Assembly: GCA_037446635.1 (NCBI GenBank)
Contig: JBBIIG010000017.1
Coordinates: 32,835-72,877, forward strand
From: a bacterium
GTDB taxonomy: Bacteria > Zhuqueibacterota > Zhuqueibacteria > Oceanimicrobiales > Oceanimicrobiaceae
Length of the DNA stretch: 40,043 bases
Reading direction: 5' to 3'
This document shows, one piece after another, positions 25,903 to 35,823 of the stretch (positions within the stretch are counted from its first letter, which is position 1; every line of letters begins with the position of its first letter). The notes under the pieces are model-generated. The model searched no databases and had not been told where the DNA came from. It saw nothing but the letters and a program-made list of their open reading frames with translations. A program made the position numbers and the translations under genes.

Positions 25903-28245
25903 CTAATTTTGCCGCCAGTTTTTGTGATACCACTCCTTCACCACTTTCTCCGCCGGCTTGCCATTGGGGGTGAAATCGCTGCTGGTCGGGCCGCCGTATT
26001 CCAAATAGGTGGGCCACTTCCACCAATAAAATCCATAAAACCACTCTTTCTCCCAAAACGATTCGAAGATGGCCTGATAGCACAGCGCTTGATCCGTCAA
26101 CGAAATCGGCGCGCGGCGGTCGCGTTCGTGGGGCGTTCGCCAAGGCGCTGCGGCGCTGGTGAATCCCACTTCCGTTAGCAGCAGCGGCTTTTTGTATTTT
26201 TGGACGACCTTCTCAATCACCGGCATGCCGGTGCTCATGCCCTTTTTTAGTTCGTCAAGGGTAGCGGTTTCGTTTTGTGAAAGGGGGTAATAGAGATTGA
26301 GCCCGATGTAATCGAGGGCGTCCCAAAAGGTGATGCCCTCAAATTCGTGATACCAATTGGCAGCGTACACCAGCGGCCCGCGGTAGAGCCGCCGGATTTT
26401 CGTGATCAGCTCGCGCCACTCAGCATCGTGGTTGGGAGTGGCGTGCATAAATTCCACCCCGATGCAAAAGAGATCGAAGTGGTACATCTCCGCCAGCAGG
26501 GCGTAGTGGCGAATCCAACTGTAATAGTATTTGAAAAACTGCTGCCAGTTTTCTTCGCTTTTCATGTCGATTTCGCCGGGCCAGCCCCAGTCGCCGCCGC
26601 TCATCAACACGTGGGGTTTGAGCATCACCCGCATTCCGAGTTGGCGCGCAAAAGCAGCGGCAGCGATCAGACTCTCGTCGTTCTCGGCGCCGGCGCCGAA
26701 GGAATAGTGAAAGGGACTCGGTTGGTTGCGATGCTCGAGATAACCAAACGGGGTGATGGAAATCCAATCTGCGCCGAGGGTGCGCATTTTTTGGAGGGAC
26801 TCGAACGATTTGCGCGAGAGGTAGCCGTTGTAAATTTGATAGCCCTCGTGCGCGTAACAGAAACCTTTTTGAAAAACCGGATGCCGTGAGTTTCCGTCCT
26901 CTTCCAGCAATTCATCATTCACAGGAGGCAGGTCTTGCAAGTGTTTCTGCCAGCCGTCGTCCAACTCCGCTAATGTCAGTCCGGGCGGCAAACCCGATTG
27001 CGGCCAGCGCCGATAGAGGTCGAGAAATTTATTCCACTCAAACTTTTTGACCAGAAACTCCACCAGGCTGCCGGCCAGCGGCCGCATTAAAAGATAGGAT
27101 TCGCGTTCATAGATTTCCGGTGTCAACAAATCGGCCAGCGGGTTCACGTTGCCGGTGTCATAAAAGCGCTTCGCCCAAAAGCGAAAGCCGCGCCGGCCCC
27201 AATCCTCGGAAAACATCATCGCCGCGCCCTGCGCCAGCGCCGGCGACTCGCACTTGCCAACATATTTATCAAAAATCAGCCGCGCCTCCGAGTAGAAATC
27301 GCCGCCGTTGATTTCATCGTTGAAAATGGCGTGTACTTGCCACTTGTCGAAATCGAAATGAGAGAAATCGGTATTGCGGGTCATCAAACCTTTGTCTTCG
27401 AAGGTTTCATAGAGATGATATGAAATGGTTGGAATCGGCTCATCTGGGATTGGGAGCTTTGAAAGCAGATTGACGATCCGCCGTTCCTGCGTTTCAGCAA
27501 ACGCTTGAATTTTTTCCCGCGGAATTTTTTCGCCGTGATAAGTGAAACGATAGTGCGCGGTTTCTAAAATAAAATGCGCCGAGTTCAAATAATTGCGCGT
27601 CTGATCGAGATCAAGTTTCCACGGGCCGCTGCCCTCCTGTTTGAAGAAACCGTAGGCCACGGCCTGGCCATCGCGGAACACTTGCACATCGCCAGAACGG
27701 AAATTTCGTGAATACTTTTTGAGAAGCTCAACCACCGCGGCGTCGGAATTTCCAGAAAGAATGGAAATGGGCAGCGAGCGCTTCAGGGGATTGGGATAAA
27801 GCGAGATTAAGAAAACATCGTTGGGCTCGGCAAAATCTGTGTTCGCAAACGAGAAGCGTTTTTGCTGAACCCGCAGCGGCAGGGCATCCTGAATTTTGCT
27901 CAACAGGGAATTGGATGCCGGCGCGCCAATCAGCCACAAGGGCAGGGAATCGATCTCCGCCGCGGTGACCGCCGTGTCCGGCTTGACGATCACTTGCAGC
28001 CAGCGCATGCCGCTGGCATATTGTTCGGCAAAATTGCGGTACAAATGGGCAACGCGTTTTTCACCGGTGCTATACACGATTAGCTCTTTGCGAATCTCGC
28101 GCATTTTGCCGCGCAGTTCCTGGCGGGTGGGCCAGAGGGCGTCGTTGGCCGGTTGCGGGGAGGTTGGTTCCCCAAATCGAATCGAGAGCAGAAAGGCTGC
28201 CAAAACCAAAATCAAAATGGCCAGGGAATAGGTTGTTTTTCGCAT
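25903..28245 (-). CDS. Multidomain protein with C-terminal GH113-like TIM barrel
   Basis: VMLKPHV, FCIGVE, YAANW, WDALDYIG, LLTEVG, GFYWW; ~450 aa N-terminal extension with signal or anchor. Confidence 0.8.
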   Translation of the reverse strand: MRKTTYSLAILILVLAAFLLSIRFGEPTSPQPANDALWPTRQELRGKMREIRKELIVYSTGEKRVAHLYRNFAEQYASGMRWLQVIVKPDTAVTAAEIDSLPLWLIGAPASNSLLSKIQDALPLRVQQKRFSFANTDFAEPNDVFLISLYPNPLKRSLPISILSGNSDAAVVELLKKYSRNFRSGDVQVFRDGQAVAYGFFKQEGSGPWKLDLDQTRNYLNSAHFILETAHYRFTYHGEKIPREKIQAFAETQERRIVNLLSKLPIPDEPIPTISYHLYETFEDKGLMTRNTDFSHFDFDKWQVHAIFNDEINGGDFYSEARLIFDKYVGKCESPALAQGAAMMFSEDWGRRGFRFWAKRFYDTGNVNPLADLLTPEIYERESYLLMRPLAGSLVEFLVKKFEWNKFLDLYRRWPQSGLPPGLTLAELDDGWQKHLQDLPPVNDELLEEDGNSRHPVFQKGFCYAHEGYQIYNGYLSRKSFESLQKMRTLGADWISITPFGYLEHRNQPSPFHYSFGAGAENDESLIAAAAFARQLGMRVMLKPHVLMSGGDWGWPGEIDMKSEENWQQFFKYYYSWIRHYALLAEMYHFDLFCIGVEFMHATPNHDAEWRELITKIRRLYRGPLVYAANWYHEFEGITFWDALDYIGLNLYYPLSQNETATLDELKKGMSTGMPVIEKVVQKYKKPLLLTEVGFTSAAAPWRTPHERDRRAPISLTDQALCYQAIFESFWEKEWFYGFYWWKWPTYLEYGGPTSSDFTPNGKPAEKVVKEWYHKNWRQN

Positions 28246-28252
28246 GTCTCAT

Positions 28253-28330
28253 GTAGGGCGACCAGACTGGTCGGCCTACGAATATCAATGTTAGAATGCC
28301 ATGTAGAGGCGTATCGTCATACGCCCCTAC
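28253..28330. repeat. Two GTAG-type REP hairpins
   Basis: GTAGGGCGACCAG-A-CTGGTCGGCCTAC (28253-28279) and GTAGAGGCGTAT..ATACGCCCCTAC (28303-28330). Confidence 0.8.
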
Positions 28331-29331
28331 GATCTTTTACCTTGAATGAATTCTTCGGCTTCCTTCACGTCGTCGTAACTGCCGATGAAGAGGGGCGTTT
28401 TCTGGTGCAGAAGTTCGGGCTGGATATCGAGAATTCGGCGGCGGCCATCTGAGGCGTAGCCACCTGCTTGCTCCACAATTAACGCCAGCGGGTTGGCCTC
28501 GTACATTAACCGCAATTTGCCTTGGGGATTTTTCTTGTCGCCGGGATAAAGGAAAATTCCGCCGTAAAGCAGGTTGCGATGAAAATCCGCCACCAGCGAG
28601 CCGATGTAGCGCGCCGAGTAGGGGCGGTTGGTAGCTTTGTCGGTTTGTTTGAGATAGCTGATGTATTTTTGCGTGCCTTCGTCCCAGCGATCGTAATTAC
28701 CCTCGTTGACGCTGTAGATCGCGCCCCGCCTGGGAATTTTGATGTCATCGTGGGAAAGCAAAAACTCGCCGACGCTGGGGTCGTAGGTGAAGCCGTGCAC
28801 GCCGCTGCCGGTGGTGAAGACCAGCATCGTGGAGGAGCCATAGAGCACATAACCGGCGGCAATCTGCTCGACGCCCTTTTGCAGGCAATCTTCGAGGCTG
28901 CCGCGCGGGCCGTCGGAAATTTTGCGAAAGATGGAGAAGATGGTGCCGATGCTGACGTTGGCGTCGATGTTGGAGGAGCCGTCCAACGGGTCGTAGAGCA
29001 GCACGTATTTGCCAGCGGGGAATTTGTCGGGAATCGGAATGATGTTTTCGCGCTCTTCCGAGGCCATCACGCACAGGCGGCCGGTGTGGTCGAGGGCGCG
29101 GAAAATGATGGAGTCGGCATATTCATCTAATTTGCGTACCTGCTCGCCGTGCACGTTGGTGACGCCGGTGAATCCCAAAACATCCACCAGCCCGGCTTTG
29201 TTGACTTCCCGGGAAATGATTTTAGCGGCGAAAGCGATGTCATTCAGAAGCGCGGAAAATTCCCCGGTGGCCTGCGGAAACTGTCGCTGGGTCTCGCTGA
29301 TGTGGCGCTCAATGGTGACCAGTTTTCTCAT
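28327..29331 (-). CDS. fbp: Fructose-1,6-bisphosphatase class 1
   Basis: [44 protein letters not shown]. Confidence 0.97.
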   Translation of the reverse strand: MRKLVTIERHISETQRQFPQATGEFSALLNDIAFAAKIISREVNKAGLVDVLGFTGVTNVHGEQVRKLDEYADSIIFRALDHTGRLCVMASEERENIIPIPDKFPAGKYVLLYDPLDGSSNIDANVSIGTIFSIFRKISDGPRGSLEDCLQKGVEQIAAGYVLYGSSTMLVFTTGSGVHGFTYDPSVGEFLLSHDDIKIPRRGAIYSVNEGNYDRWDEGTQKYISYLKQTDKATNRPYSARYIGSLVADFHRNLLYGGIFLYPGDKKNPQGKLRLMYEANPLALIVEQAGGYASDGRRRILDIQPELLHQKTPLFIGSYDDVKEAEEFIQGKRS

Positions 29332-29440
29332 AAAATTGGCTCCTGGTTTGAGTGTTGGGGGTTCGAAAAAGGACTACTTCAATTTGGGTATTGCTTTTAT
29401 ACAAACTGGCAAAGCAGGTTGCAGAAACGACGCTGAGGGG

Positions 29441-29820
29441 CTAGTGACCTTTAACAAACTCAATTCTTTTGACATCTTTGGTATTTAGATAGACACCTAT
29501 TCCATCCACGAGATAAATCTCATTTAGGTTTTCATCAACTCTTCGGGCCTTCGTTAACAGAAATTCTATCCGGCAACAAATAACGCCGAGAGCAGCTTAA
29601 AATTGGGAAAAGTAGAAGCTCTTGAATTAAGGTAATTGGAAAGAAATTCGGTATCGATCCATACTACAACAGTGTAAATGACAACTCCCCAGATCACACT
29701 CCACGCGATTTGAGTGAACTCACTGATATGCCTAACCGGAAAATGTTCTCTATAAATTTCTAATGCGATAAACACGGGTGTAATGTAGAGAATAAATTCA
29801 ATAATAGTATTTGCTGGCAT
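29441..29820 (-). pseudogene. Broken DUF6338-like membrane protein gene (frameshift, probable internal deletion)
   Basis: 84-aa hydrophobic N-part stops at 29566; another frame continues EFLLTKARRVDENLNEIYLVDGIGVYLNTKDVKRIEFVKGH* to 29441; family call from recalled motifs. Confidence 0.55.
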
Positions 29821-29845
29821 TCTTTTTCCGAGCTAATTGAGGTGA

Positions 29846-30043
29846 TCATTTTTTATTGCTCGAAGCAGACTTCCCTGAAGGATTTCCAGCGTTATTTTGA
29901 ACAATTTCCTTTGCATCGCCACGATTGCGATCGTTTGAGGTCACTCTCATAGTGGGTGGGCTGCCCTGCGGGTCGGGGCGTTGATGTACAAATGATTCGC
30001 GCAATTCCCCTTCATATTGGAGATTTTCTTTTTCAATTGACAT
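29846..30043 (-). CDS. Small hydrophilic Pro-rich hypothetical protein
   Basis: 65 aa, GGAG RBS upstream, same strand as the broken gene and 25 nt from it. Confidence 0.55.
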   Translation of the reverse strand: MSIEKENLQYEGELRESFVHQRPDPQGSPPTMRVTSNDRNRGDAKEIVQNNAGNPSGKSASSNKK

Positions 30044-30098
30044 TTTGTTTTCTCCACTAGACTAGTTTTAAATTAATCTAAACTTTAGAATTAAAATA

Positions 30099-31070
30099 TC
30101 AAGCAAAAATTCTATAAAATCTGTTTGAGAAATTTCGCGAATCGATATTTCTTCCAGTCAACACCACAACGGTTTTTCCCGATGTGACGATTTTGTTTTC
30201 AAGTAACGCCGCCAGTCCCACCGCCGCCGAGCCCTCGATCAAAATATGTTCATGTTCCAAAATCAGCCTCATCGCTTCTTTGATGGCGGTTTCGGAAACC
30301 AATAGAACATCATCCACCCACTTTTGAATTATTTGCAAATTCAACTCGGTGACGAAGCGGCCGGCTAGTCCATCCGCGATGGTGTCGTCGATGGGGGTCT
30401 CAACTGGTTTACCGGCGCGCAGGGAATTGTACATCGCCGGCGAGGCTTCCGACTGCACCCCTACGATTTTGATTTTTGATTTGATGGCTTTCGCCGCCAG
30501 CGCCACCCCGGAGATCAATCCCCCGCCGCCAATGGGAACGACGATGGTTCCGGCCTCCGGCAGCGCTTCCAGAATTTCCAGCGCGATGGTTCCCTGCCCG
30601 GCAATGATTTGCGGATCGCTGAAGCCGTGAACGAAGGTCAGCCCCTGCTCGACCTGAATTTGCCGGGCGAATTCTTCGGCTTCATCGTAATCCCGACCGG
30701 CCTGAATCAACTCCACTTTGTAATTTTGCAGCGCTTTGACTTTTGCCGGCGAAGCGTTCACCGGCACAATGATTTTTCCGGCGAGGTCCAGAATTTTGCA
30801 CGCGTGCGCCACCCCCAGTCCGTGGTTGCCCGCCGAGGCGGTGATCACGCCGCGGCGTTTTTCTTCCTCTGAAAGAGTCAACAGTTTGTTGAAGGCGCCG
30901 CGGATTTTGAAGGAGCCGGTGATTTGCCAATTTTCTAATTTGAGATAAATTTCGTGATTGAATTTCTGAGAAAGTGAAAGTGAAAGTTCAAGCGGCGTGA
31001 TGCGAATGTGAGGCGCTATTCGGGCGCGGGCGTTCCAAAATTCAATCGGGGGAAGATTTGTATTTTGCAT
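30099..31070 (-). CDS. Threonine/serine dehydratase (PLP fold II, no regulatory domain)
   Basis: LKLEN..TGSFKIRG (PLP Lys), ASAGNHG, AGQGT, PIGGGGL, TIADGL. Confidence 0.9.
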   Translation of the reverse strand: MQNTNLPPIEFWNARARIAPHIRITPLELSLSLSQKFNHEIYLKLENWQITGSFKIRGAFNKLLTLSEEEKRRGVITASAGNHGLGVAHACKILDLAGKIIVPVNASPAKVKALQNYKVELIQAGRDYDEAEEFARQIQVEQGLTFVHGFSDPQIIAGQGTIALEILEALPEAGTIVVPIGGGGLISGVALAAKAIKSKIKIVGVQSEASPAMYNSLRAGKPVETPIDDTIADGLAGRFVTELNLQIIQKWVDDVLLVSETAIKEAMRLILEHEHILIEGSAAVGLAALLENKIVTSGKTVVVLTGRNIDSRNFSNRFYRIFA

Positions 31071-31083
31071 GTTGACGCCAACA

Positions 31084-31117
31084 AACCCTGTCAGGGTTTT
31101 GAAACCCTGACAGGGTT
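31084..31117. repeat. 34-bp perfect palindrome (16-bp arms)
   Basis: AACCCTGTCAGGGTTT-TG-AAACCCTGACAGGGTT. Confidence 0.9.
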
Positions 31118-31142
31118 GCGACTCTGAGAAGTTAATTTATCT

Positions 31143-32309
31143 CTAAGACGCCCGCAGCGCCTCCACCACCTGCAGGCGCGCGGCGCGTACCGCCGGCGCA
31201 AACCCGCCGACAATGCCCATCACCACGGCGAATATCAGCGAACCCAGCACGATGCCCGGCGAGATATTGAACCCAAACACCACTTCAGAAAAGGACGACC
31301 AATTGGTGGTGGAAATCTTGATGAATTGCAAAGTTGAAGCAAACGCCAAACCCAACACGCCTCCCAGCAGCGACAGCAAAATACATTCAAAGAGAAACGA
31401 AGCCAGCACATTGCGACGCCGGAAGCCCAACGCCCGCAGCGTGCCAATCTCCCGCGAACGATTGGCCACTGCAGAATACATCGTGATCACCGCGCCGGTC
31501 ATGGCGCCAAAACTGAAAATGATGGTCACCGTCAGGCCTAACATTTGAATGAAGGTGCCGAGGTATTGCGATTGCTCTTCGTAAAACGCAATTTCGCGCT
31601 TGACATCGAGGGTGAATTGGGGGTCGCTCTCGATGCGCGCCTTCATGGCGTCAAATTGCGAGGGGTCTTTCATGCGCATGGTAATAGAGGAAAACACCGG
31701 GCGGCGAAAGGCATCCATGAATTGCTCCACGTCGCCCCAGATTTCCGATTCAAAGGCAGAACCGCCAGCGGCGAAAATCCCCACCACCTGCCAATCGCGC
31801 ATCCCCATGTTGACCGATTCGCCGATGCCGCAGCCTTGGAATTTTTCCGCCACGCCTTTGCCCGCGATGATTTCCGAGGTGCCTGGCCGCCACAATCTCC
31901 CCGCGATCAATTTAAATTTTGGGCGCAGCGGAATGGATTCCGGCGACACCCCGCGCACCACAATGTTGGTGGGCTCATTATCCGAGCGCTTGCGCAAATT
32001 GTTAATCACCACCAACTCCGGCGCGGCAAGAGATTTGCCGTCTTCTAAAAGCGCGGCCTCCGGCAGGGCGCGAATGAGATTGTACTGGCTGCGCGGCACG
32101 ATGCTCACCAGTTCGGCGTTGGCGCCCTTGCGCACAAAAATTACATTGTTGGGTTCGCCGGTACTGACCAGGGTTTTCTTAAAGCCGTCGGCCAGCATCA
32201 GCACGGCGGCAAACACAAACACCACCAGCCCAATACCCAGAACCGTAAGCGTGGTGGTTAATTTTCTGGCGAGCAGATTGCGCCAATTGTAGATGATGGG
32301 GATTTTCAT
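31143..32309 (-). CDS. ABC transporter permease (MacB/FtsX-like)
   Basis: RNLLARKLTTTLT, periplasmic domain, NRSREIGTLRALGF, PAVRAARL. Confidence 0.92.
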   Translation of the reverse strand: MKIPIIYNWRNLLARKLTTTLTVLGIGLVVFVFAAVLMLADGFKKTLVSTGEPNNVIFVRKGANAELVSIVPRSQYNLIRALPEAALLEDGKSLAAPELVVINNLRKRSDNEPTNIVVRGVSPESIPLRPKFKLIAGRLWRPGTSEIIAGKGVAEKFQGCGIGESVNMGMRDWQVVGIFAAGGSAFESEIWGDVEQFMDAFRRPVFSSITMRMKDPSQFDAMKARIESDPQFTLDVKREIAFYEEQSQYLGTFIQMLGLTVTIIFSFGAMTGAVITMYSAVANRSREIGTLRALGFRRRNVLASFLFECILLSLLGGVLGLAFASTLQFIKISTTNWSSFSEVVFGFNISPGIVLGSLIFAVVMGIVGGFAPAVRAARLQVVEALRAS

Positions 32310-32334
32310 TTTTCAGTTACCATGTTTTGAGTTC

Positions 32335-32367
32335 AAGTGCCACGCACTTTCAAAGTGCGTGGCACTT
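32335..32367. repeat. 33-bp perfect palindrome (16-bp arms)
   Basis: AAGTGCCACGCACTTT-C-AAAGTGCGTGGCACTT. Confidence 0.9.
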
Positions 32368-32374
32368 TTTATCT

Positions 32375-33544
32375 TCAACCAATGTACCGCAAGCCATCAG
32401 CGATTCTCATGCGGGTGGCTTTGAATGTCGGGAAAATTGCGGCGGCCACGCCAACCAGCAGCGCGGCCGCGACCGCAATGAGAATCGTGCTGCGCGATAA
32501 CTCGAATACCGGAAAGAAGCTGCCCAAATTCACAGATAGAAATTCTCCGAAACCGTCAATGATTGGAAGCGAGAGCAGCAGTCCAACCACGCCGCCCAAA
32601 ATGGCGATAAAAAGCGATTCGCCAAAAATGAGCCCGCCCAAATGACCGGGCCGAAATCCGAGGGTTTTCAAAACTGCATATTCGGTAACCCGTTCGCGCG
32701 CGGTCATGGCCATGGTGTTCGCCAGAACCAGCAGGATGATGGCGATCACCACCACCGAAATCACCCGCACGGTGGTGATGATCGTGCCCACCATGGAGAC
32801 GAAACTCATCTGAAATTCTTTCTCGGTTTCGGTTTTGGTCTCGGCCATGGAATTGGCAAACATCGCGTCGATGGCCTCGGCGACGCGCACCACATCGTCC
32901 GGGCTGGCCACGCCCACATAAAATATTCCTGCCTGCCCCATGCGCCCGGGGGTGGTCAGGCCCAATTGCTCGTCCAGATATTTCCAGTGGAAAAACATCT
33001 GGGTTTCGTCGGTGGTGCGATCGGCGCCGTGATAAATGCCGCGAATCACAAAATCCCAGTCGCCGGGAAAAATGTCGCCAATCAACCGAATGGTGTCGCC
33101 CAATTTCCAGCCGTACTTGGCGGCAATTTTAGCGCCGACAATGCAGGCATTTCGTTCTCTCAAAAAATCTTCTTTTTCTTTGGCGGATAAAACATATTCG
33201 GGATACAAACTCAGAAAGCTCTCGGGCTCGACGGCGAAGCGGGCGAAAAAATTCTTGGCGTCGATATAGACGCCGCCGAACCACTGGCCGATGGCGACGC
33301 CGGTGACGCCGGGAATCTGCGCGATTTTCTCGCGGTAGGAAATGGGCATCGGGAAGCCCAGCGAAACTTTGTTGCGGGTGATGAGCCGCGTCTGCGAGCT
33401 GGCCTCCACGCCAAGGTACCAGGCGTCGATCACCGTGCGTAAAATTCCGAACGCCAGCACCGCAATGGCAATGCCCAGCGCGGTGAGAACCGAGCGCAGT
33501 TTGTGCCGGAACGCGTTTTTGATGATGAGTTTGAAAATTTTCAT
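32375..33544 (-). CDS. ABC transporter permease (MacB/FtsX-like)
   Basis: KNAFRHKLRSVLT, NTMAMTARERVTEYAVLKTLGF, IADGLR. Confidence 0.92.
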   Translation of the reverse strand: MKIFKLIIKNAFRHKLRSVLTALGIAIAVLAFGILRTVIDAWYLGVEASSQTRLITRNKVSLGFPMPISYREKIAQIPGVTGVAIGQWFGGVYIDAKNFFARFAVEPESFLSLYPEYVLSAKEKEDFLRERNACIVGAKIAAKYGWKLGDTIRLIGDIFPGDWDFVIRGIYHGADRTTDETQMFFHWKYLDEQLGLTTPGRMGQAGIFYVGVASPDDVVRVAEAIDAMFANSMAETKTETEKEFQMSFVSMVGTIITTVRVISVVVIAIILLVLANTMAMTARERVTEYAVLKTLGFRPGHLGGLIFGESLFIAILGGVVGLLLSLPIIDGFGEFLSVNLGSFFPVFELSRSTILIAVAAALLVGVAAAIFPTFKATRMRIADGLRYIG

Positions 33545-33553
33545 CGCTGCCCT

Positions 33554-34240
33554 CTACTTGTGATTGATGTCTTCCAACACGCCCTTGTCCAGATGGCGAA
33601 TCACGTGGGCTTTTTCCGCGGCGCGGGGGTCGTGCGTCACCATGACGATGCTTTTTTTGAATTCCTTGTTCAGCCGCTCCATCAAAGTGAGAATCTCATC
33701 GGCGGAATCTTTGTCGAGATCGCCGGTGGGCTCATCGGCGACGATGATGGTGGGGTCGGTAACGATGGCGCGGGCGATGGCGACGCGCTGCTGCTGGCCG
33801 CCGGAGAGTTGGCTGGGATAATGTTTCATGCGGTCGCCGAGTCCAACTATTTCTAGCGCAGAGTGGACGTGTTCGCGGCGTTTCTGCTTGGGAAGTTTTG
33901 TCAGAAGCAGGGGCAGCTCGACGTTTTCAAACGCCGTGAGCACCGGCATCAAATTATAAAATTGAAAGATGAACCCGACGTGGCGCGCCCGCCAGTTGGC
34001 CAGCGCCGATTCGCTGAGCTGACCCAATTCGGTATTCGCCACGTTAATGCTGCCGGCATCCGGACGGTCGATGCCGGCGATCAAATTCAACAGCGTGGTT
34101 TTTCCCGATCCCGACGGCCCCATCAGAGCCAGAAATTCCCCATCCGGAACAGAGAGTGAAATGTTGTTTAACACCGGGATTTTCTGATTGCCGCGGGCGT
34201 AAGATTTCGTTACATCGCGAACATCCACCACGTTTGCCAT
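33554..34240 (-). CDS. ABC transporter ATP-binding protein (LolD/MacB-like)
   Basis: GPSGSGKT, LSGGQQQRV, ADEPTG, VTHD. Confidence 0.95.
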   Translation of the reverse strand: MANVVDVRDVTKSYARGNQKIPVLNNISLSVPDGEFLALMGPSGSGKTTLLNLIAGIDRPDAGSINVANTELGQLSESALANWRARHVGFIFQFYNLMPVLTAFENVELPLLLTKLPKQKRREHVHSALEIVGLGDRMKHYPSQLSGGQQQRVAIARAIVTDPTIIVADEPTGDLDKDSADEILTLMERLNKEFKKSIVMVTHDPRAAEKAHVIRHLDKGVLEDINHK

Positions 34241-34513
34241 TAAAATATACCCTCCATTTTATGATTAACCCAGAATCGAAATGAAACACCGAAGTACACT
34301 GAAACGACCGAATTTTGTTTTGGAATGTTTACTGGATTATTGTAAAAATCTTCCGGTCGCTTTTTGAAGCGCACATGAATACTGCAAACAATCCAATTTT
34401 GTTGCAAGATTCCAATAGACTTTTTTTTCTCAATTCAGTTTATTGTTCAGTGTATTTCGGGTGGAACGGTATTGAAAAAATGTGTAAATGTCAAGTCATA
34501 AAACGAGGAGCTA

Positions 34514-35764
34514 ATGGCAAGAAAAAAAGTCGTTGCGATCCCGCTGGCGCTGTTGGTGCTTCTGTGCATCGTCTTTTTTGAGGCGAATTGCGCGGGTAGA
34601 ATTCCCGCCCGCGATGGCAAGCCCACGATCGTTCTTATCTCTATAGATGGTTTTCGCTGGGACTACCCGGAAAAAGCTAACACCCCCAACCTCGACTTTC
34701 TCATCGCAACGGGCGTGCGCTCGAAACGAATGATCCCGGCGTTTCCCAGCAAAACTTTTCCCAATCATCACACCATCGTCACCGGACTTTATCCCGATCA
34801 TCACGGAGTTGTCGCCAACAATATGTACGATCGCGAGTGGGACGAATGGTTCAGTCTCTCCAACGATTCGGCGATTCACGACAGCCGTTGGTGGGGCGGC
34901 GAGCCCATCTGGGTAACCGCGGAAAAGCAGGGGCTGGTGAGCGCCTGCTATTTTTGGCCGGGCTCCAGCACTAAAATCGCCGGCGAGCTGCCAACGTTTT
35001 TTTATAAATACGACGGCAGCGTTTCCAATGAAACGCGCGTGAAGCAGGTTTTGAAATGGTTGGATTTGCCAGCGGCGCAGCGGCCGTCGATGATTACCAC
35101 TTATTTCAGCACCATTGATGAAGTTGGCCACGATTTCGGCCCCGAGGCGCCGGAGACGGTGCAAGCTATCGAATACATTGACGGCGTCCTCGGGATTCTG
35201 ATTGCCGGGTTAAAAGAAAGGAACATTCTCGACAAAGTGAATATCATCATCGTTTCTGATCACGGCATGGCGGCCACTTCGCCGCAGCGGGTTATTTTTC
35301 TCGATGATTATGTGACCCCGGAGGAGGTGCAGGTGGTGGACTGGTCGCCCATCATCGCGCTTAATCCAAAAGAAAGCGAGGAGGAAGTGGTATATGCCAA
35401 ACTGCGGGATGCTCACCCGCATTTAAAAGTCTATCGTCGGCATGAGATTCCGGAGCGATTTTTTTACGGGAAGAATTCTAAAATTCCGGCGATCATCGGC
35501 ATCGCGGATGAGGGCTGGTCCATTGGTACTCATAAAACTTTTGAAACCAAGCCGCACTATTTCAGGGGAGGAAATCACGGTTACGACAACCTGCTGCCGT
35601 CGATGGGGGCGACGTTCATTGCCCGCGGCCCGGCGTTCAAGTCGGGTGTGGTTGTCGAGCCGTTTCAAAACATTCATCTCTACAGTTTGATGGCGCACAT
35701 TTTAGAAATTGCGCCCGCCCCCAACGATGGCAGCCTCGATTCGGTGCGGGTGGTTTTAAGATAG
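34514..35764 (+). CDS. Nucleotide pyrophosphatase/phosphodiesterase (NPP, alkaline phosphatase superfamily)
   Basis: SIDGFRWDY, FPSKTFPNH (Thr nucleophile), DEVGH, SDHG, HGYDN; N-terminal signal or anchor. Confidence 0.92.
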   Translation: MARKKVVAIPLALLVLLCIVFFEANCAGRIPARDGKPTIVLISIDGFRWDYPEKANTPNLDFLIATGVRSKRMIPAFPSKTFPNHHTIVTGLYPDHHGVVANNMYDREWDEWFSLSNDSAIHDSRWWGGEPIWVTAEKQGLVSACYFWPGSSTKIAGELPTFFYKYDGSVSNETRVKQVLKWLDLPAAQRPSMITTYFSTIDEVGHDFGPEAPETVQAIEYIDGVLGILIAGLKERNILDKVNIIIVSDHGMAATSPQRVIFLDDYVTPEEVQVVDWSPIIALNPKESEEEVVYAKLRDAHPHLKVYRRHEIPERFFYGKNSKIPAIIGIADEGWSIGTHKTFETKPHYFRGGNHGYDNLLPSMGATFIARGPAFKSGVVVEPFQNIHLYSLMAHILEIAPAPNDGSLDSVRVVLR

Positions 35765-35775
35765 TGAATTCCCAG

Positions 35776-35808
35776 AGATGCCAGGCACTTTTAAAGTGCC
35801 TGGCATCT
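35776..35808. repeat. 33-bp perfect palindrome (16-bp arms) between convergent genes
   Basis: AGATGCCAGGCACTTT-T-AAAGTGCCTGGCATCT. Confidence 0.9.
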
Positions 35809-35823
35809 TCTAAAGATTCCGAA

